Shown in pieces: positions 13,419 to 26,993 of a stretch of DNA of 64,000 nt. The notes beneath the pieces are model-generated. The model was not told where the DNA came from. It saw nothing but the letters and a program-made list of their open reading frames with translations, and searched no databases. Each line of letters opens with the position of its first letter. Position 1 is the first letter of the stretch. A program made the position numbers and the translations under genes. Origin of the DNA: Octopus sinensis (Eukaryota); NCBI RefSeq assembly GCF_006345805.1, contig NC_042998.1, positions 47,988,001-48,052,000 on the forward strand, in the 5' to 3' direction.

Positions 13419-13730
13419 CATAATTCCGGCTCTGTCCGATGACTCGTTCGATTACATCAAATATTCTTCTTAAGACGCACATATAACTTGCCATCGCAGA
13501 AACATGTGCAACGGATTTAACACAGGAATACGAAATTTGTACTTCATGCTTTACTTTCATAATAGATGTGCTCCTTATATTACGTAATAATCTTATACTG
13601 GTAGCACAGAAACCTATCGGATCACGCAGCAAAGAATAACTAACTGGAATACTATGAGAGCCGCAGTCAAACGGTAAATTTGCCGATGCACCTAGCGCAT
13701 TTATTTCCTCTATAATACACACATACATAC
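12432..13730 (-). mobile_element. Decayed, internally duplicated Penelope-like region
   Basis: Duplicated blocks 12432-12590/12950-13110 and 12820-12950/13415-13530; minus-strand peptide KHEVQISYSCVKSVAH resembles a Penelope linker motif; contains a hammerhead-like motif. Confidence 0.4.
12716..12763 (-). ncRNA. Degenerate hammerhead ribozyme motif (CCGAUGA core)
   Basis: Minus strand: GTAT-CCGATGA-AG-GGATAT aatga ATATCC-TA-GAAAC AGCT GTA-ATGT; stem III ACAGCTGT is palindromic. Confidence 0.45.
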
Positions 13731-13744
13731 ATATGCATATACAT

Positions 13745-13839
<95 letters not shown>

Positions 13840-14045
13840 AAAGGGAAAGTTTACGAAAATAACAAAAGACGAAGGCAGGTGGTGTACAAACAAACAGATG
13901 TATTAGTATAGTGCTCAGGAATAGAAAAAGTCATTTACGTTTCGAGCCTACGCTCTTCTACAGAAAGATACACAGAAAAACACAAGAAGAGAAACAAGGA
14001 AAGAAAAAAATGTGTGTAGTAGCTAACGATCTATCAAGGCGTCTG
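13840..14045 (-). mobile_element. Penelope-like terminal-repeat fragment abutting (TA)n
   Basis: Carries the hammerhead-like motif at 13931-13968; a similar fragment at 22995-23113 ends in the same ACGTTTCGA. Confidence 0.5.
13931..13968 (-). ncRNA. Minimal hammerhead-like motif with variant core (CUGUAGA)
   Basis: Minus strand: TCTTT-CTGTAGA-A-GAGC gtag GCTC-GAAAC GTA-AATGA. Confidence 0.45.
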
Positions 14046-14604
14046 ACTTCGGACAGAATATATATGTACTATTTAGATTCTGTCAACTGAAATGGTAGTA
14101 GAATCAGTGGAAATGTTTTGTTCCTTGGATTTTAAAATATGTTAAATCATTTGGAATGTCCTTGATTGTAAGGTTCATGTATTCATCTGAGGAAAACGGT
14201 TTCTTTATAATGATATACTGTACTCTTAAATCAATTAAAGGAGTCGTTAGAGACGACCGTAACGAATTGACACCGGTCCTTCAATTGTTATTTATTCATA
14301 TTTTATTTATTTATCTCGGAACGTGCCCTTCGCAAATCCTGAAGTATACTATGGACTGTATATTTCATAAAATGTATATGTCTGAATAGTTCAAGAGCGA
14401 ATTGTATACTCAGCTGGGGCAAAGTCTCAGCATGCACTACAGGAATATCATTCTGCCGGTACTTCTATACCAAAGTGAACATTTATATAATCTTGTTTTG
14501 TGTATATTATTCCGACCTAATTTTTGTGCCTGACTTAAGTACCTAACACAACTGATTCTTATAAATATATATATATATATAATTATATATATACTATATA
14601 TATA

Positions 14605-14657
<53 letters not shown>

Positions 14658-15880
14658 CATATATATACACACCCACACACACACACACATATATATTATA
14701 TATATATATATATAAATTCTACGTCTTTGTGCAGCTGACGATTGCTCTACATTTTAATTGATGTAATGAAATGATTGCATTTTTCAATTAAATGGAGTCG
14801 CATGAACGAATCGTACTGTATTACCTCTCGATATCCTTGTTGCTTATTTTGATATATGTATATATGTATATATATTAATTATATATATATATTATACATA
14901 ATATATTTATACATAATCATATACATACATATATATTATATATAATATATATATATATATATAATATATTATATATATATATATATGTTCAAATATGAAA
15001 TAGAGCAACACTGGTGCAATAAACATTATCGACCAAACATAATGTATATGCCTTGTGTGTTTCCTGGTAGGCTGCGACGTAGCGTGGTGGAGATTACTCC
15101 CTCAAAGTGTCGAGTGTTAAAACACCTGGAAGTCATGGACAGGCGGGACAACTCACCCCGAATCCCATTCAGGAGTGATGGATATCGATGTTTCGCCATT
15201 TTTGCGGCTTATAAAAAGCACGTACCTGTGGGAGATGGGTCGTACCGCCAGTCCACGACTCATATACTTGTAGTGTAAAAACTATGTACTTCTATGCCCG
15301 ACAATACGTTAAGAATAATTCAAATATGAAATGGAAGTAGCGCTACACAAAGCATATACGTTGAGTATGTGTAGTCCATAATGTATGTGTGTTTCTATAC
15401 ATATATAGGGTGATGTAGAGTGGGTGTTAGCTGTCCTTCAGATATGTATTACCGTTTCATTATCGGAGGGAAAAAGACTCACTACGAACAGCCGTTTCGA
15501 TACTTACAAATTTCCTATGGAGATTATAAATGCGCATTCGTTTCTATAATTATTGGTGCATTTGGCTGCTAAGTAATCGGTTTCTGAGACAAATAAATCT
15601 GTAAGCAGGATAGTAAAAACGTCCAAGTCTTTTCTATTGTTCAACATTTAACCTTTCACAGTTTTTGCTAAACAAATTTTAGCGATGGAACTCTGATTTT
15701 TAGAAACTGGTTGCTTCTTTATACGTATATTTCAAATAATTAAAACAGATAACATACATACGTAAATATAATCATAAAAAAACATACATACAATCATATG
15801 TACGTACATGTATAGCAGTCTTTGCATCTCTATGCGAATGCATGTGCGCAAACATACAGCTATACGTAAACATGTATATA

Positions 15881-16391
15881 CTGTAAATCTTCGAGTATAG
15901 TCCGCCCTTGAGTATAATACGCAGGGGATTTTTATGGGGCTGTACTTCTGAAAAACCTAAACATTGTGTATAATACGCACCCCTTCTCTAACTTGAGTCG
16001 TACGTAATTTAGCCAGCAGCACCTAGTCGAACAAATACTTCAGCGCATACGTAATACAATAATGGTGATGTTCTTAACTGTTATATGGGAATGTAAATAT
16101 GTTTGCAAATTGTTTTTGTTACATGTTATTCTGTGTTCTGAATACTTTTATTTTAATAAATGTTGCTTACTGCAAATTATGGATGATTCTTTTATGACTT
16201 CATTGCTTTTAGGCTTAGTTTAAGGTATTTTCGCGCCCGACATCATAAAATGCGTCTGAATAAACATTGCCGGACAGCAAATAGAGACTCGGACATTGCT
16301 TAGAAAATATTTTTTATTTTTAACCTCGTATATAATACACACTAGATATTTTGACCTTTGAATTTTGGGGATTATACTCAAGGATTTACGG
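15881..16391. mobile_element. Non-autonomous Tc/mariner-superfamily MITE (Tc2/pogo-like termini)
   Basis: TA-flanked TIRs CTGTAAATCTTCGAGTATA / TATACTCAAGGATTTACGG; second copy in opposite orientation at 58369-58862. Confidence 0.8.
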
Positions 16392-16604
16392 TATATACAT
16401 ATATACATAAATATACAGACATCCATCCACTCAATGATCAGTTCATATGTGTGAGTGTGTATGTAAGTTTATATATATCTATATCTATATATATATACAT
16501 ATATATATATATGTATATATACACACATTTCTACGTACATCAAACTCACATACGTACACACAAGTGTATGTGCAATCATACACATAGATATAGCTATTCC
16601 TGTT

Positions 16605-16643
<39 letters not shown>

Positions 16644-16899
16644 CGTACATAAACATACACAAACACAAAAATGTATACCCACAAACGAACATACCCTACA
16701 CACAGACATACATACACATATACATACATGCATAATACATACGCACATACAAACACATATTGATACAAATATAACTGCATATATCCATATACATACAAAT
16801 ACATACAATGCATACATGTAAACAAACGAATTTATATACCTACTTATACGGTTACATACAGACATATACAGACTTACATGCAGACATACATATATTCAC

Positions 16900-16972
16900 T
16901 ACAATATGCATGCATATATATAAGCATGCATTACAATATAAAGTCTACACACATACATAGTATACATATATA

Positions 16973-17016
<44 letters not shown>

Positions 17017-17305
17017 AAATATACATAAAATAATATACACATACACATATACATACGCACGCACATATATACATGCACATATACGTACATATGTATATAT
17101 ACACATATACATGCGCACATACATATATACATACATATACATACGTACATGCATATATATATATACATACATGCATACATGCATACCTACCTACATATAC
17201 ATACATACATACATACATGCATACAGGCATGCATACATACATACATATATACATATATACATACATACATAAATACATGCATACATACATGCATGCATAC
17301 ATGCA

Positions 17306-17339
<34 letters not shown>

Positions 17340-17858
17340 CATATATATATACACACATACATACATACATACATACACACACACAACATACATACATACA
17401 TACATACATACATACATACATACATACATACATACATACATACATACATACATACATACATGCATGCATACAAACATACATACAGTACAATATAAAGTTC
17501 TCTGGAGAAAAATGTTTAGTTCCTGTACCGAAAGAAAAAAAAAGAATCAAACAGAAAAGAAAAATAAAGCTAAAAGAAAAATGAAATAAATAATTTTTTT
17601 TTTTTTCCAAAAATTTTGAGGGCAGGTTTACTAGTTTGGGCCCAACCCCCACTGAATATATAGAACGTGTGAATTCGCTCTCCTTCAAATAAATTACAAA
17701 AATGTAATGGAATAAAATAAAATACAATGAAATAAATAAAGAAAACTAAAACCACCCACATAAACGACCAAACAACAAACAAAAACAAAAAAACAATAAC
17801 AAAATAAGAAGGAAAAATAATAACATCGTGTGTGGTATATATGTATATATATACATAC

Positions 17859-17916
<58 letters not shown>

Positions 17917-18048
17917 TGCATACATGCATACATATATATACATTATACATTATATATATACATGTATATATATATATACATTTATATATACATATATAGA
18001 CATACATATACATACATATATATATATATACATATATACATATATACA

Positions 18049-18079
<31 letters not shown>

Positions 18080-18230
18080 TTATGTATATATGCTATACAT
18101 ATACGTATATATGAGTGTTTGAGCATGTATGTTTGTAAGCGTACGCATAGATGTGTGCGTGCTTGTGTGCGTGTGTGTGTGTCCCCTTGTAAGTATATAT
18201 ATATAAATATATATATGTGTGTATAGACTC
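16900..18230. repeat. Compound (TACA)n/(TA)n/(CA)n microsatellite field
   Basis: Directly visible. Confidence 0.95.
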
Positions 18231-18386
18231 ACAAACACACATGTAGTACAAAAATAACATTACAAGTCACAACGCCAACAACATCAACAACAGCAACCAC
18301 AACAAAATAATAATGATGACGATGATGATGACGACGACGATAATAATAATAATAATAATGATGATGATAACAATAATTTTAATAAC

Positions 18387-18421
<35 letters not shown>

Positions 18422-18446
18422 TAAAATAATAATAATAATAATAATG

Positions 18447-18477
<31 letters not shown>

Positions 18478-18521
18478 TGATGATGATGATGATGATAATA
18501 ATAATAATAATAATAATAATA

Positions 18522-18596
<75 letters not shown>

Positions 18597-18602
18597 ATAA
18601 TG

Positions 18603-18633
<31 letters not shown>

Positions 18634-19369
18634 CAACAACAACAACAGAGAACGAGGAGGAGCGAAAAGAAGATGAATATGTTGATGACGATGACGTTGA
18701 ATAAGAACAACGACAACAACATCAACAGCAATAAGAAACGCAACGACGATGACAACAACAACAAGAGATTAACACATTGGTCGTCATCATAGTCAACATC
18801 ATCGGTAACGACAGCAGCGACATTAATAGCAACAACAGCAACAACCACAGAAAAACATCAACATAAATATCAGCGTCGTCGTCGTCGTCATCAGCATCAG
18901 CATCAGCAGCAGCAGCTAAATCAAAAGCAGTGTGTGTAAAAAAAAAACATGGTCGCCACCACCAAGTACCACCGGCACCATGACCACCACCGCCGCCGCC
19001 GCCGCCGTCGCCGCCATTAACATCATCATCGTCATCAACACCACTATCACCACCACCACCACCACCACCAACACCACCAACACCATCATATCAGCACTAC
19101 CACCGCCAATAACAACACCACTCCACCACCACCACCACCGCCACCGCCACCACCACCACCACCACCGTTGCTGTCACCACTACTATCACCACCATCACCA
19201 CCACTATCGTCGTCAGTACACCACCACCGTCACCACTATCACTAACCATCGTTATCATCACCACCACTGCCGACACCGCTGATGCCGCCACCACCACCAC
19301 CACCACCACCACCATAATTGTAACTACAACTATTACCGCCGCCATTACCGCCAATATCACCGCCACCAC

Positions 19370-19740
19370 TACCGCCACCATCACCACTACCACCACCACC
19401 GCCACTATCACCACCACCGCCACCATCACCACCACCGCCTCTATCACCACCACCGCCACTATCACCGCCACCATCACCACCACCGCCTCTATCACCACCA
19501 CCGCCACTATCACCGCCACCATCACCACCACCGCCTCTATCACCACCACCGCCACTATCACCGCCACCATCACCACCACCGCCTCTATCACCACCACCGC
19601 CACTATCACACACCGCCACCATCACCACCAACCCGCCTCTATCACCAACCACGCCACATCACCGCCCCGCCACCATCACCACCACCGCCTCTATCACCAC
19701 CACCGCCACTATCACCACCGCCGCCACTATCACCACCACC
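19370..19740. repeat. 45-bp minisatellite within an (ACC)n tract
   Basis: Unit ACCACCACCGCCTCTATCACCACCACCGCCACTATCACCGCCACCATC repeated several times. Confidence 0.8.
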
Positions 19741-20301
19741 ACCACCACCACTACCACTATTGCTGTCACCACTACTATCACCAACACCAACACCGCAAAC
19801 TCTAACGTAATCATCGTTTTATAACAACAACCAGCAATGACAGGAGCAAACGAAGGCGCCTGTACGTCGACGGATGACGAGCTAGAAATAACAACCAAAT
19901 CTCATTTAAATCAACTATTTAGCGTTGGAAATACGAACGGGACAGTTTGAATAATGACGTCTTGGGTTCGTCTGCATATAGGAATAATGACTTGATGGAG
20001 GAGGTCACGGTCGGAAATAGTTGATCAACAAGAGCGACGACAACGTCGAAGACGATGAGACAATTATGAGAAGAGATTAAACGGAAGCCACGCTGTCATC
20101 ATCACCATCGTCGTCATAATCATTTTCATCGTCATCATCATCATCATCATCGTCGTCGTCGCCAACATCGTCGTCATCGTCGTTCACATCGCTATAATCG
20201 TCGTCATCACCATCGTCATCAACATTAACATCACCCAACACCAACCACACACACACAAAGAAATATTAAAAAAAAACAAAAAAAACGACTATATAGGCTC
20301 G

Positions 20302-20697
20302 GGCGTGGCTGGCTGTGTGGTAAGAAGCTTGCTTCCCAACCACGTGGTTCCGGGTTCAGTCCCACTGCGTGAAACCTTGGGCAAGTGTCTTCTGCTATTG
20401 CCTCGAGCCTTGTGAGTGGATTTGGTAAACGGAAACGGAAACGGAAAGAAGCCTGTCATATGTATATGTGCGTGTGTGTGTGTCTGTCCACCATCAACGC
20501 TTGACAACCGGTGTTTGTGAGTTTACGTCCACTTAACTTAACGGTCCGGCAAAAAAGAAAAAAAGACTGATAGAATAAGTACCAAGCCTTAAAAAAGAAA
20601 GAGATAAGAAGTGCTGGGGGTCGATTTGTTCCATCAAAAATCTTGAAGGCATTGCCCCAGCATGGCCGCAGACTAACGACTGAAACAAGTAAAAGAT
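20302..20697 (+). mobile_element. SINE family C, full length
   Basis: tRNA-like head (B box GGGTTCAGTCCC), CCTTGGGCAAGTGTC core, internal (TG)n, tail CCAGCATGGCCGCAG..CTGAAACAAGTAAAAG. Confidence 0.85.
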
Positions 20698-20954
20698 AAC
20701 ACAATCATCACCATCACCATCACCATCATCGTCATCATTATCATCATCGTCATCGTCATCTTCGTCATCATCATAATCATCAATCATCGTCATCATCATT
20801 ATCGTCATCATCATTATCGTCATCATTTTCGTCATCATCATCGTCATCATCATCCACATCATTATCATCGTCATCACCATCACCATCAACGTCATCATCA
20901 TCATCATCGCCATCGTCATCGTCGTCGTCATCGCCATCATCATTAACATCCTTG

Positions 20955-20989
<35 letters not shown>

Positions 20990-21214
20990 GTCTTCATCAT
21001 CATCATCATCATCGTCATCACCAGCAACACCATCGAAGACGTCGTCGATGACAACAACGACGATAATTACAATAATAAAAACAAGGAATTTAAAGTACAT
21101 CTAAAATGCGACACAATGCAAAAGAAAAGAGAAAAGAACGAAAATAAAAGAAAGGACGAAGAATGAAAGAAAGATGAATAAGAAAGAAAGAAATGAAATT
21201 GTATCGTGTGAACG

Positions 21215-21411
21215 GACTATCGCTTTTTCCTTCCTCTCTCTCTTCCCCCTCTCTCTCTCTCTCGCCAGCCTTCTTTCTCCTCTTACTCATTTTGCTTCTC
21301 TCGCTCGGTAGCTTGCTCGCTTTGTGTCCCCCTCTCTCTCTCTATCTCTCTCTCTTCCCCCTCTCTCTCCAGCCTTCTTTCCCTCTTACTCTTTTTGCTT
21401 CTCTCGCTTTG

Positions 21412-21442
<31 letters not shown>

Positions 21443-21700
21443 TCCCCCTCTCTCTCCAGCCTTCTTTCCCTCCTACTCTTTTTGCTTCTCTTGCTCGGTA
21501 GCTTGCTCGCTTTGTGTCCCCCTCTCTCTCTATCTCTCTCTCTTCCCCCTCTCTCTCTCACCAGCCTTCTTTCCCTCTTACTCTTTTTGCTTCTCTCGCT
21601 TTTTGTTTCTCTCTCTCTTCCCCCTCTCTCTCTCCAGCCTCCTCTTACCCTTTTTGCCTCTCTCGCTCGCTCACTTGCTCGCTTTATGTTTCTCTTTCTC
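21215..21700. repeat. Degenerate pyrimidine-rich tandem repeat
   Basis: TCTCTTCCCCCTCTCTCTCCAGCCTTCTTTCCCTCTTACTCTTTTTGCTTCTC recurs about five times. Confidence 0.75.
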
Positions 21701-22339
21701 TCTCTCTCTCTCTCTCTCACAAACACACACACACTCCCTCTGTTTCTCTCTCTCACACACACACTCCCCCCTCTCTCTCTCTCTCACACACACACTCCCT
21801 CTGTTTCTCTCTCTCTCTCTCTCTCACACACACACTCCCTCTCTTTCTCTCTCCTCTCTCTCCCTCTCCCTCTCTCTGTGTTTCTCTCACTCAGCCAGCG
21901 ACCAACCACTGAAGAAATGCCATAACAAACAGCTGTCGGGGGAACCAGCGGGAAATCACCCTTCAACAGTCTGTCACACAAACAACAACAACAGCAACAA
22001 CAATATACAAACAATAAAAACAACAACAACACAACAACAACACAACAACAGCAACAACTGCAGCAGCAGCAGAAACAGCGTCACTAAGTAAAAAAAACAC
22101 AAACAAAAAAAAAGCAACAAACACTGAGAACAATATTAACGTCAAGTATAAAACTTATATAATGAAGTCGGAGGGGAGAGACAGAGAGAGGGGGAGGAAG
22201 AAAGAGAGAGAGAGAGAGAAGGTGAGGGAGAAAGAGAGAGAGAGAATGCAGAGAAAGGTAAAGGCAAAGTCAGAGGTGTAGAGAGAGAGAAAGGGACGGG
22301 GGAGATGGAGTGACAGATGGTGATAGACAGAGAGTTAGT

Positions 22340-22373
<34 letters not shown>

Positions 22374-22943
22374 AATTCAGAGAAAGACAGAGTCAAAGAG
22401 AGAGGTGTGGGGAGAGAGAGAGAGACAGACAGACAGACAGATAGAAATAGGTAGATAAGTAGGTAGATAGACAGAGAGGGAGGAAGAGAGAGAGGGAGAG
22501 ACAGATAGAAAATGAAAGAGAGACAATTATTGCAAAATGCAGGCAAGATGCTGCTGCTGCTCCTAGAGCTGTTAAAAATAATGGTATTCAATTTTGGCAC
22601 AAAGCCAGCAATTTTTCTTTGGGTGTGGGGTCGGGAGTACATTGATTACACCCTTCTCAGTGTTGAATTGGAACTTATTTTATTTTACCGAACTCCCGAA
22701 ATATTGGAACGCAAAGTCGACCTCGGCGGAATTTGAACTCAGAACATAAAGATGGGCGAAATGCCGCTAAACGTTTCCCCCAGCTTTCTAACGATTCTGC
22801 CACTAGGGATATGATCCCTACTTCAGTAGGGATATATTCCACAGAGGACCAGCTTCATTTTGATGTATGATACATGTTCCTGTGTTGGTAATTATACCTG
22901 TCCTAAACAAAATGGCATTACTTTTTGACTTATCCTCGTGTGC

Positions 22944-22998
<55 letters not shown>

Positions 22999-23112
22999 TA
23001 ATCCAAACAAGAAAACACAGAAAAAAGAATAAAAACACAGCAACGCAGGACGTGGAACAATTACAGTATTATTGACGCTCAGGAAAGAAGGGAAGGAGGG
23101 TTTAACGTTTCG

Positions 23113-23158
<46 letters not shown>

Positions 23159-23375
23159 TTATAATATATTATATGTACGACGGCCTTCTTTCAGTTTCCA
23201 GATCCACTCACAAGGCTTTTGGTCGGCCCAAGGTTATAGTAGAAGACACTTGTCCAAGGTTTCCCGCAGTGGAACTGAACCCAAAACCATGTGGTTGTGA
23301 AGTAAGCTTCTTACCACACAGGCACTCTATATGCATGTGTGTATGTGAGTGTCTGTGAGAAAGAGAAAGAGAAAG

Positions 23376-23406
<31 letters not shown>

Positions 23407-23798
23407 GAGGAGAGACATTATACAATAATATTAAGGCAAAAGCTGAGGGAGAAATGATTGCTATTTTCGGTAGATTGAACGACATAGAGATTCACTCACC
23501 AGATCGTGGATAATTTTCTGGGCTTTTGTGCGTTTGCTGGAACTCCGTGCAGAAGATGGTGGTATTATTATCGTTATTTTTGTTGTTGTTGTTGTTAAGC
23601 AACAAGACGAGTAAGGGTAATTAGGTGGTGGTCTAGGGTTTAGGGGCGGGAGACCCTAGACCTTGGAAAAAACAAACTTTGGCCGTCTTGTTGTAGTCGA
23701 GAGCTCTTTGTTGACGCCCGACACCACTGGGAGGAGGCCCCCAAAGTCGCTGGAAATGGAGATCTCCAGGTCCAAATTCTTGAACGGCTGCTGCTGCT

Positions 23799-23836
<38 letters not shown>

Positions 23837-24337
23837 ACACACAAGTCAGTTCTCAGAGGAGGGGGTAACAGCAAAAGTTACTTGCCGAAGTTGCCACGCA
23901 GGGGGACTGAACCCAGAACCATGTGGTCGGGAAATAACTATCTAATCTTTGTTGCATTTCGAGAAGGTCATTACGCCAATAATCAACACACACGCTGGTT
24001 CAATTTCACTTTGTATATTTTTGTATTCGTGTGTTGAAATAGATTTTGCCGTATCTCTCGAGATACAGCAACACCTGTTTCAACACACGAATTCAAATCA
24101 AGAAAGAATCTTCAAACTAAAGAGAAAATCGAAATGTCCAGTTCCCTCCCCCTCCCCTTATATTGGGTATCATCATTTGAACGTTATCCTTCTGTTTTCA
24201 AGACAGTAAGATATGATTTGAGGGACAATTTGGCTATTATTCCTGAAACATCTAGCGATTCCAGAAAAGCTAATTCTTTGACTCGAGCGAAGGATATTGT
24301 TCTTAGAATAATTTTGTAGCTGTAGTTAATGTTGTAT

Positions 24338-24540
24338 GAAGGCGCGTGGCTTAGTAGTTAGGCCGTTGCACTCATGATCGCTAGATCGTGAGTTCGACTC
24401 ACTGACTGGGCAGCGCGTTGTGTTTTTGAGCAAAACTCTTCATTTCACATTGCTCCAGTCCCCCTTTGATCAGAGCCGAATGTTGATCTTCTCGCTAGGC
24501 GGCGCCATTTGAAGCCTAAAACAATGCAAAAGCGCTTCAT
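24338..24540 (+). mobile_element. SINE family B variant with a different tail
   Basis: Head and core match 10089-10215, then the sequence diverges. Confidence 0.65.
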
Positions 24541-24730
24541 GTAGTAGAAGCCTTCTATGGTTGTTAAAAGGCCAGGATGAGGGCTGGGATATACTGAAGC
24601 GATACACCGCTCTTCATGTACATCAAGATTTTAAGGAATTTTTATCGCTTTATTTAGTTTATAGCGCTGGTTTCAGCGCATGTGTGAAACCTACAATTAT
24701 CCGACGGGCGCTGAATTGTGTTTTTTGTAG

Positions 24731-24802
24731 GTTATTGGGGTTTCTTGAGGAAAGTTTGAGGCCACAGATAAAATGTGATATAATCTATGATGGATCTGTG
24801 CT
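24731..24802 (+). CDS. Possible isolated 72-nt exon (xLLGFLEESLRPQIKCDIIYDGSVL), unassigned
   Basis: TTTTTTGTAG acceptor, GTATGT donor, one open frame; the donor coincides with the start of a (GT)n tract, so it may be chance. Confidence 0.2.
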
Positions 24803-24832
24803 GTATGTGTGTGTGTGTGTGTGTGTGCGTGC

Positions 24833-24877
<45 letters not shown>

Positions 24878-25552
24878 CGTGCGAGCGTTTAGGTTCCTTT
24901 ACTAAATTTTCTACATGTATTGTGAACGCTGCAGAGATCTTGTAATCCCTTGTGTAACTGTCTTCTGTGTACGCGCGCGCGTGTGTATGTGTGTGAATGT
25001 ATACGTATGAGTGTGGTGTGGTGTGGTATGGTACATGTTGGTGAATATTTGGTGTAATATTTGGTTGTCTTTGATATTCTCTGATGTTATCAGGGAGAAG
25101 TGACAGATTCGGCCGGTGTCACTTCAGTCTGTTATATTGAAACCATGTTCGTGGTTAGATGTAATATTTGGAAGTAAATGTACAGCAGTTGTTGTTATTC
25201 TGTAGTCCTAGGTTCGCTCTGACCTAGCATCTCTGTGGCACACAAATAGGCAACTGAACATGGACCGCGAATCAGAGATCCGTTTTCCAAGTTATACCGA
25301 GTCTACGACAAGCTGACGCCCATGTTGCTCATTTCGATATACAGTGAAGATTCGTATGGTGTGATTGAGTGTTTCAAGTGTTCAGTTTATCTGCACAGCC
25401 GCAAATTCTGTTGTCGAAAGAACAAAGTGAACTCAGGCAGAAAGTAAAATTAGCTGTTATTCTATGCATATTGATTGGGGTTTGCCTCCGTAAACGAACG
25501 TTTATATATATATATATATTTCATCTCTCACAAAACGTTATGTAGTACATTC

Positions 25553-25733
25553 AATGTAGAAAAATATGTAATGATAATTTTACAGTTCGTTCACTCCTTC
25601 AGACATCTTGATTTGAAAACACGATCAACCTAGGTTTGTCGTGTTTTCAAATCCAGGTTGGTCATGTCATCAAATCAAGATGTATGAGGATGTGAACGAA
25701 CTGTAAAATTATCATTACATATTTCTATACATT
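25553..25733. repeat. Nested inverted repeat / foldback element
   Basis: Arms of about 63 bp (25553-25615 / 25671-25733) enclose a perfect 15-bp inverted repeat (25610-25624 / 25639-25653). Confidence 0.85.
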
Positions 25734-25850
25734 AATTGTATTGCATAACTGTGTGGAATTCGAAATTTTAAAAAATTGTCCGTTTATGGAAACAATAGTA
25801 ATGTCAACTTGACTTTACTTATTTAAATTACTTTTCATTCTGCTGGAGTG

Positions 25851-25907
<57 letters not shown>

Positions 25908-26300
25908 GTTTAAATATTTGTTGTGCAAGATTTTTTATAAGAAAGAAGAAAACAAAGGACCACTGATGCGGTCACAGGAGTGTGACGAAAGAACTCTGGC
26001 CGAAATAAGATTAAGATTAATGTAAAAAATAAATAACACTGAAGTAAAATAACACCAAATATATAGTGCGTGTGTTTTTATTGGCTAAACTGGCAAAATG
26101 ACCATTCCGATGAAATATATGTTCTCAAACCGATAAATTGACTGCTGCTAATTATTAGCTGCAGGCTGGTTTTTCGATCATCAGCGCGCCAAAAGTAGAG
26201 GCATTTGAAAAATACATCCGAACATAATAGGTTGTACTTTTTGCATGCGGGACTCCGGTACCGTTTTTCATCTAGTACAGCATATTCTGCTCATAACAAA

Positions 26301-26362
26301 CTACGCTGACGAAGCTACAGATATCCTTGTGATATTAATAGCTGAAACTGTACGGTACGTAG
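26301..26362 (+). ncRNA. Type I hammerhead ribozyme with intact core
   Basis: Stem I CTACG/CGTAG (26301-05/26358-62), CTGACGA (26306-12), stem II AGCTA/TAGCT with inner ATATC/GATAT, GAAA (26344-47), self-complementary stem III ACTGTACGGT, GUA cleavage triplet ending at 26357. Confidence 0.8.
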
Positions 26363-26525
26363 GTGATTATTCCATTTCGTATATTTCTTTTGTCTTATCC
26401 ATTGCTTTAGGTCGTGCTGAATTTTATTTTTATTTGAGAACAAAATATTTGTGGAGAATGGCGATTTGACGTCTATATCTAGCATGTTGACTGTCCACCT
26501 TTCGTGTTCAGTCCTTAATTGGTAT

Positions 26526-26606
<81 letters not shown>

Positions 26607-26993
26607 TATATATATAATACAACTAAGAAAATGGAAAAACAATTTAGTTGGTTCATCAGCTTTCGGATATTAGAATGTTGACTTATTTGTTCATTTAACA
26701 AAAACGAGAATCTTAATAACATACATATATACATTATAATTCAATACATATAAGAATACAATTATAAAAAACTTAATATAAATTATTGATATATTATTAT
26801 TATTGTTGTTGTTGTTATTATTATTAGTGTTAGTATTATTATTATTATATTTATTATTATTACTAATATTGAAGGAAAGAAAATGGAGAGAATTGGATGT
26901 TTGAAAATTTTATTCGTGTGTTAAAAAAATGTTGAAAAATTTTTTTTCAAGACATTACAATACAAATAAATTGATTATAAGTTGTAAAGCTAA

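Noticed and set aside
14985-15278. 97-aa ORF (RLRRSVVEITPSKCR...)
   Set aside because: No recognisable domain and no convincing donor site.
23640-23800. GC-rich island with open frames on both strands
   Set aside because: No frame resembles a protein I recognise, and the acceptor context is a (CAA)n/(CAG)n tract.
25247-25445. About 65-codon open frame after AAATAG (ATEHGPRIRDPF...)
   Set aside because: Weak acceptor and no homology recognised.
26165-26190. Other CTGATGA/CTGACGA hits (26178, 26654, 38794, 54791 on the minus strand)
   Set aside because: No stem II followed by GAAA in the correct order.
26270-26360. Apparent exon (CTAG|TACAGC...ACG|GTACGT)
   Set aside because: It overlaps the hammerhead fold, which explains the sequence better.
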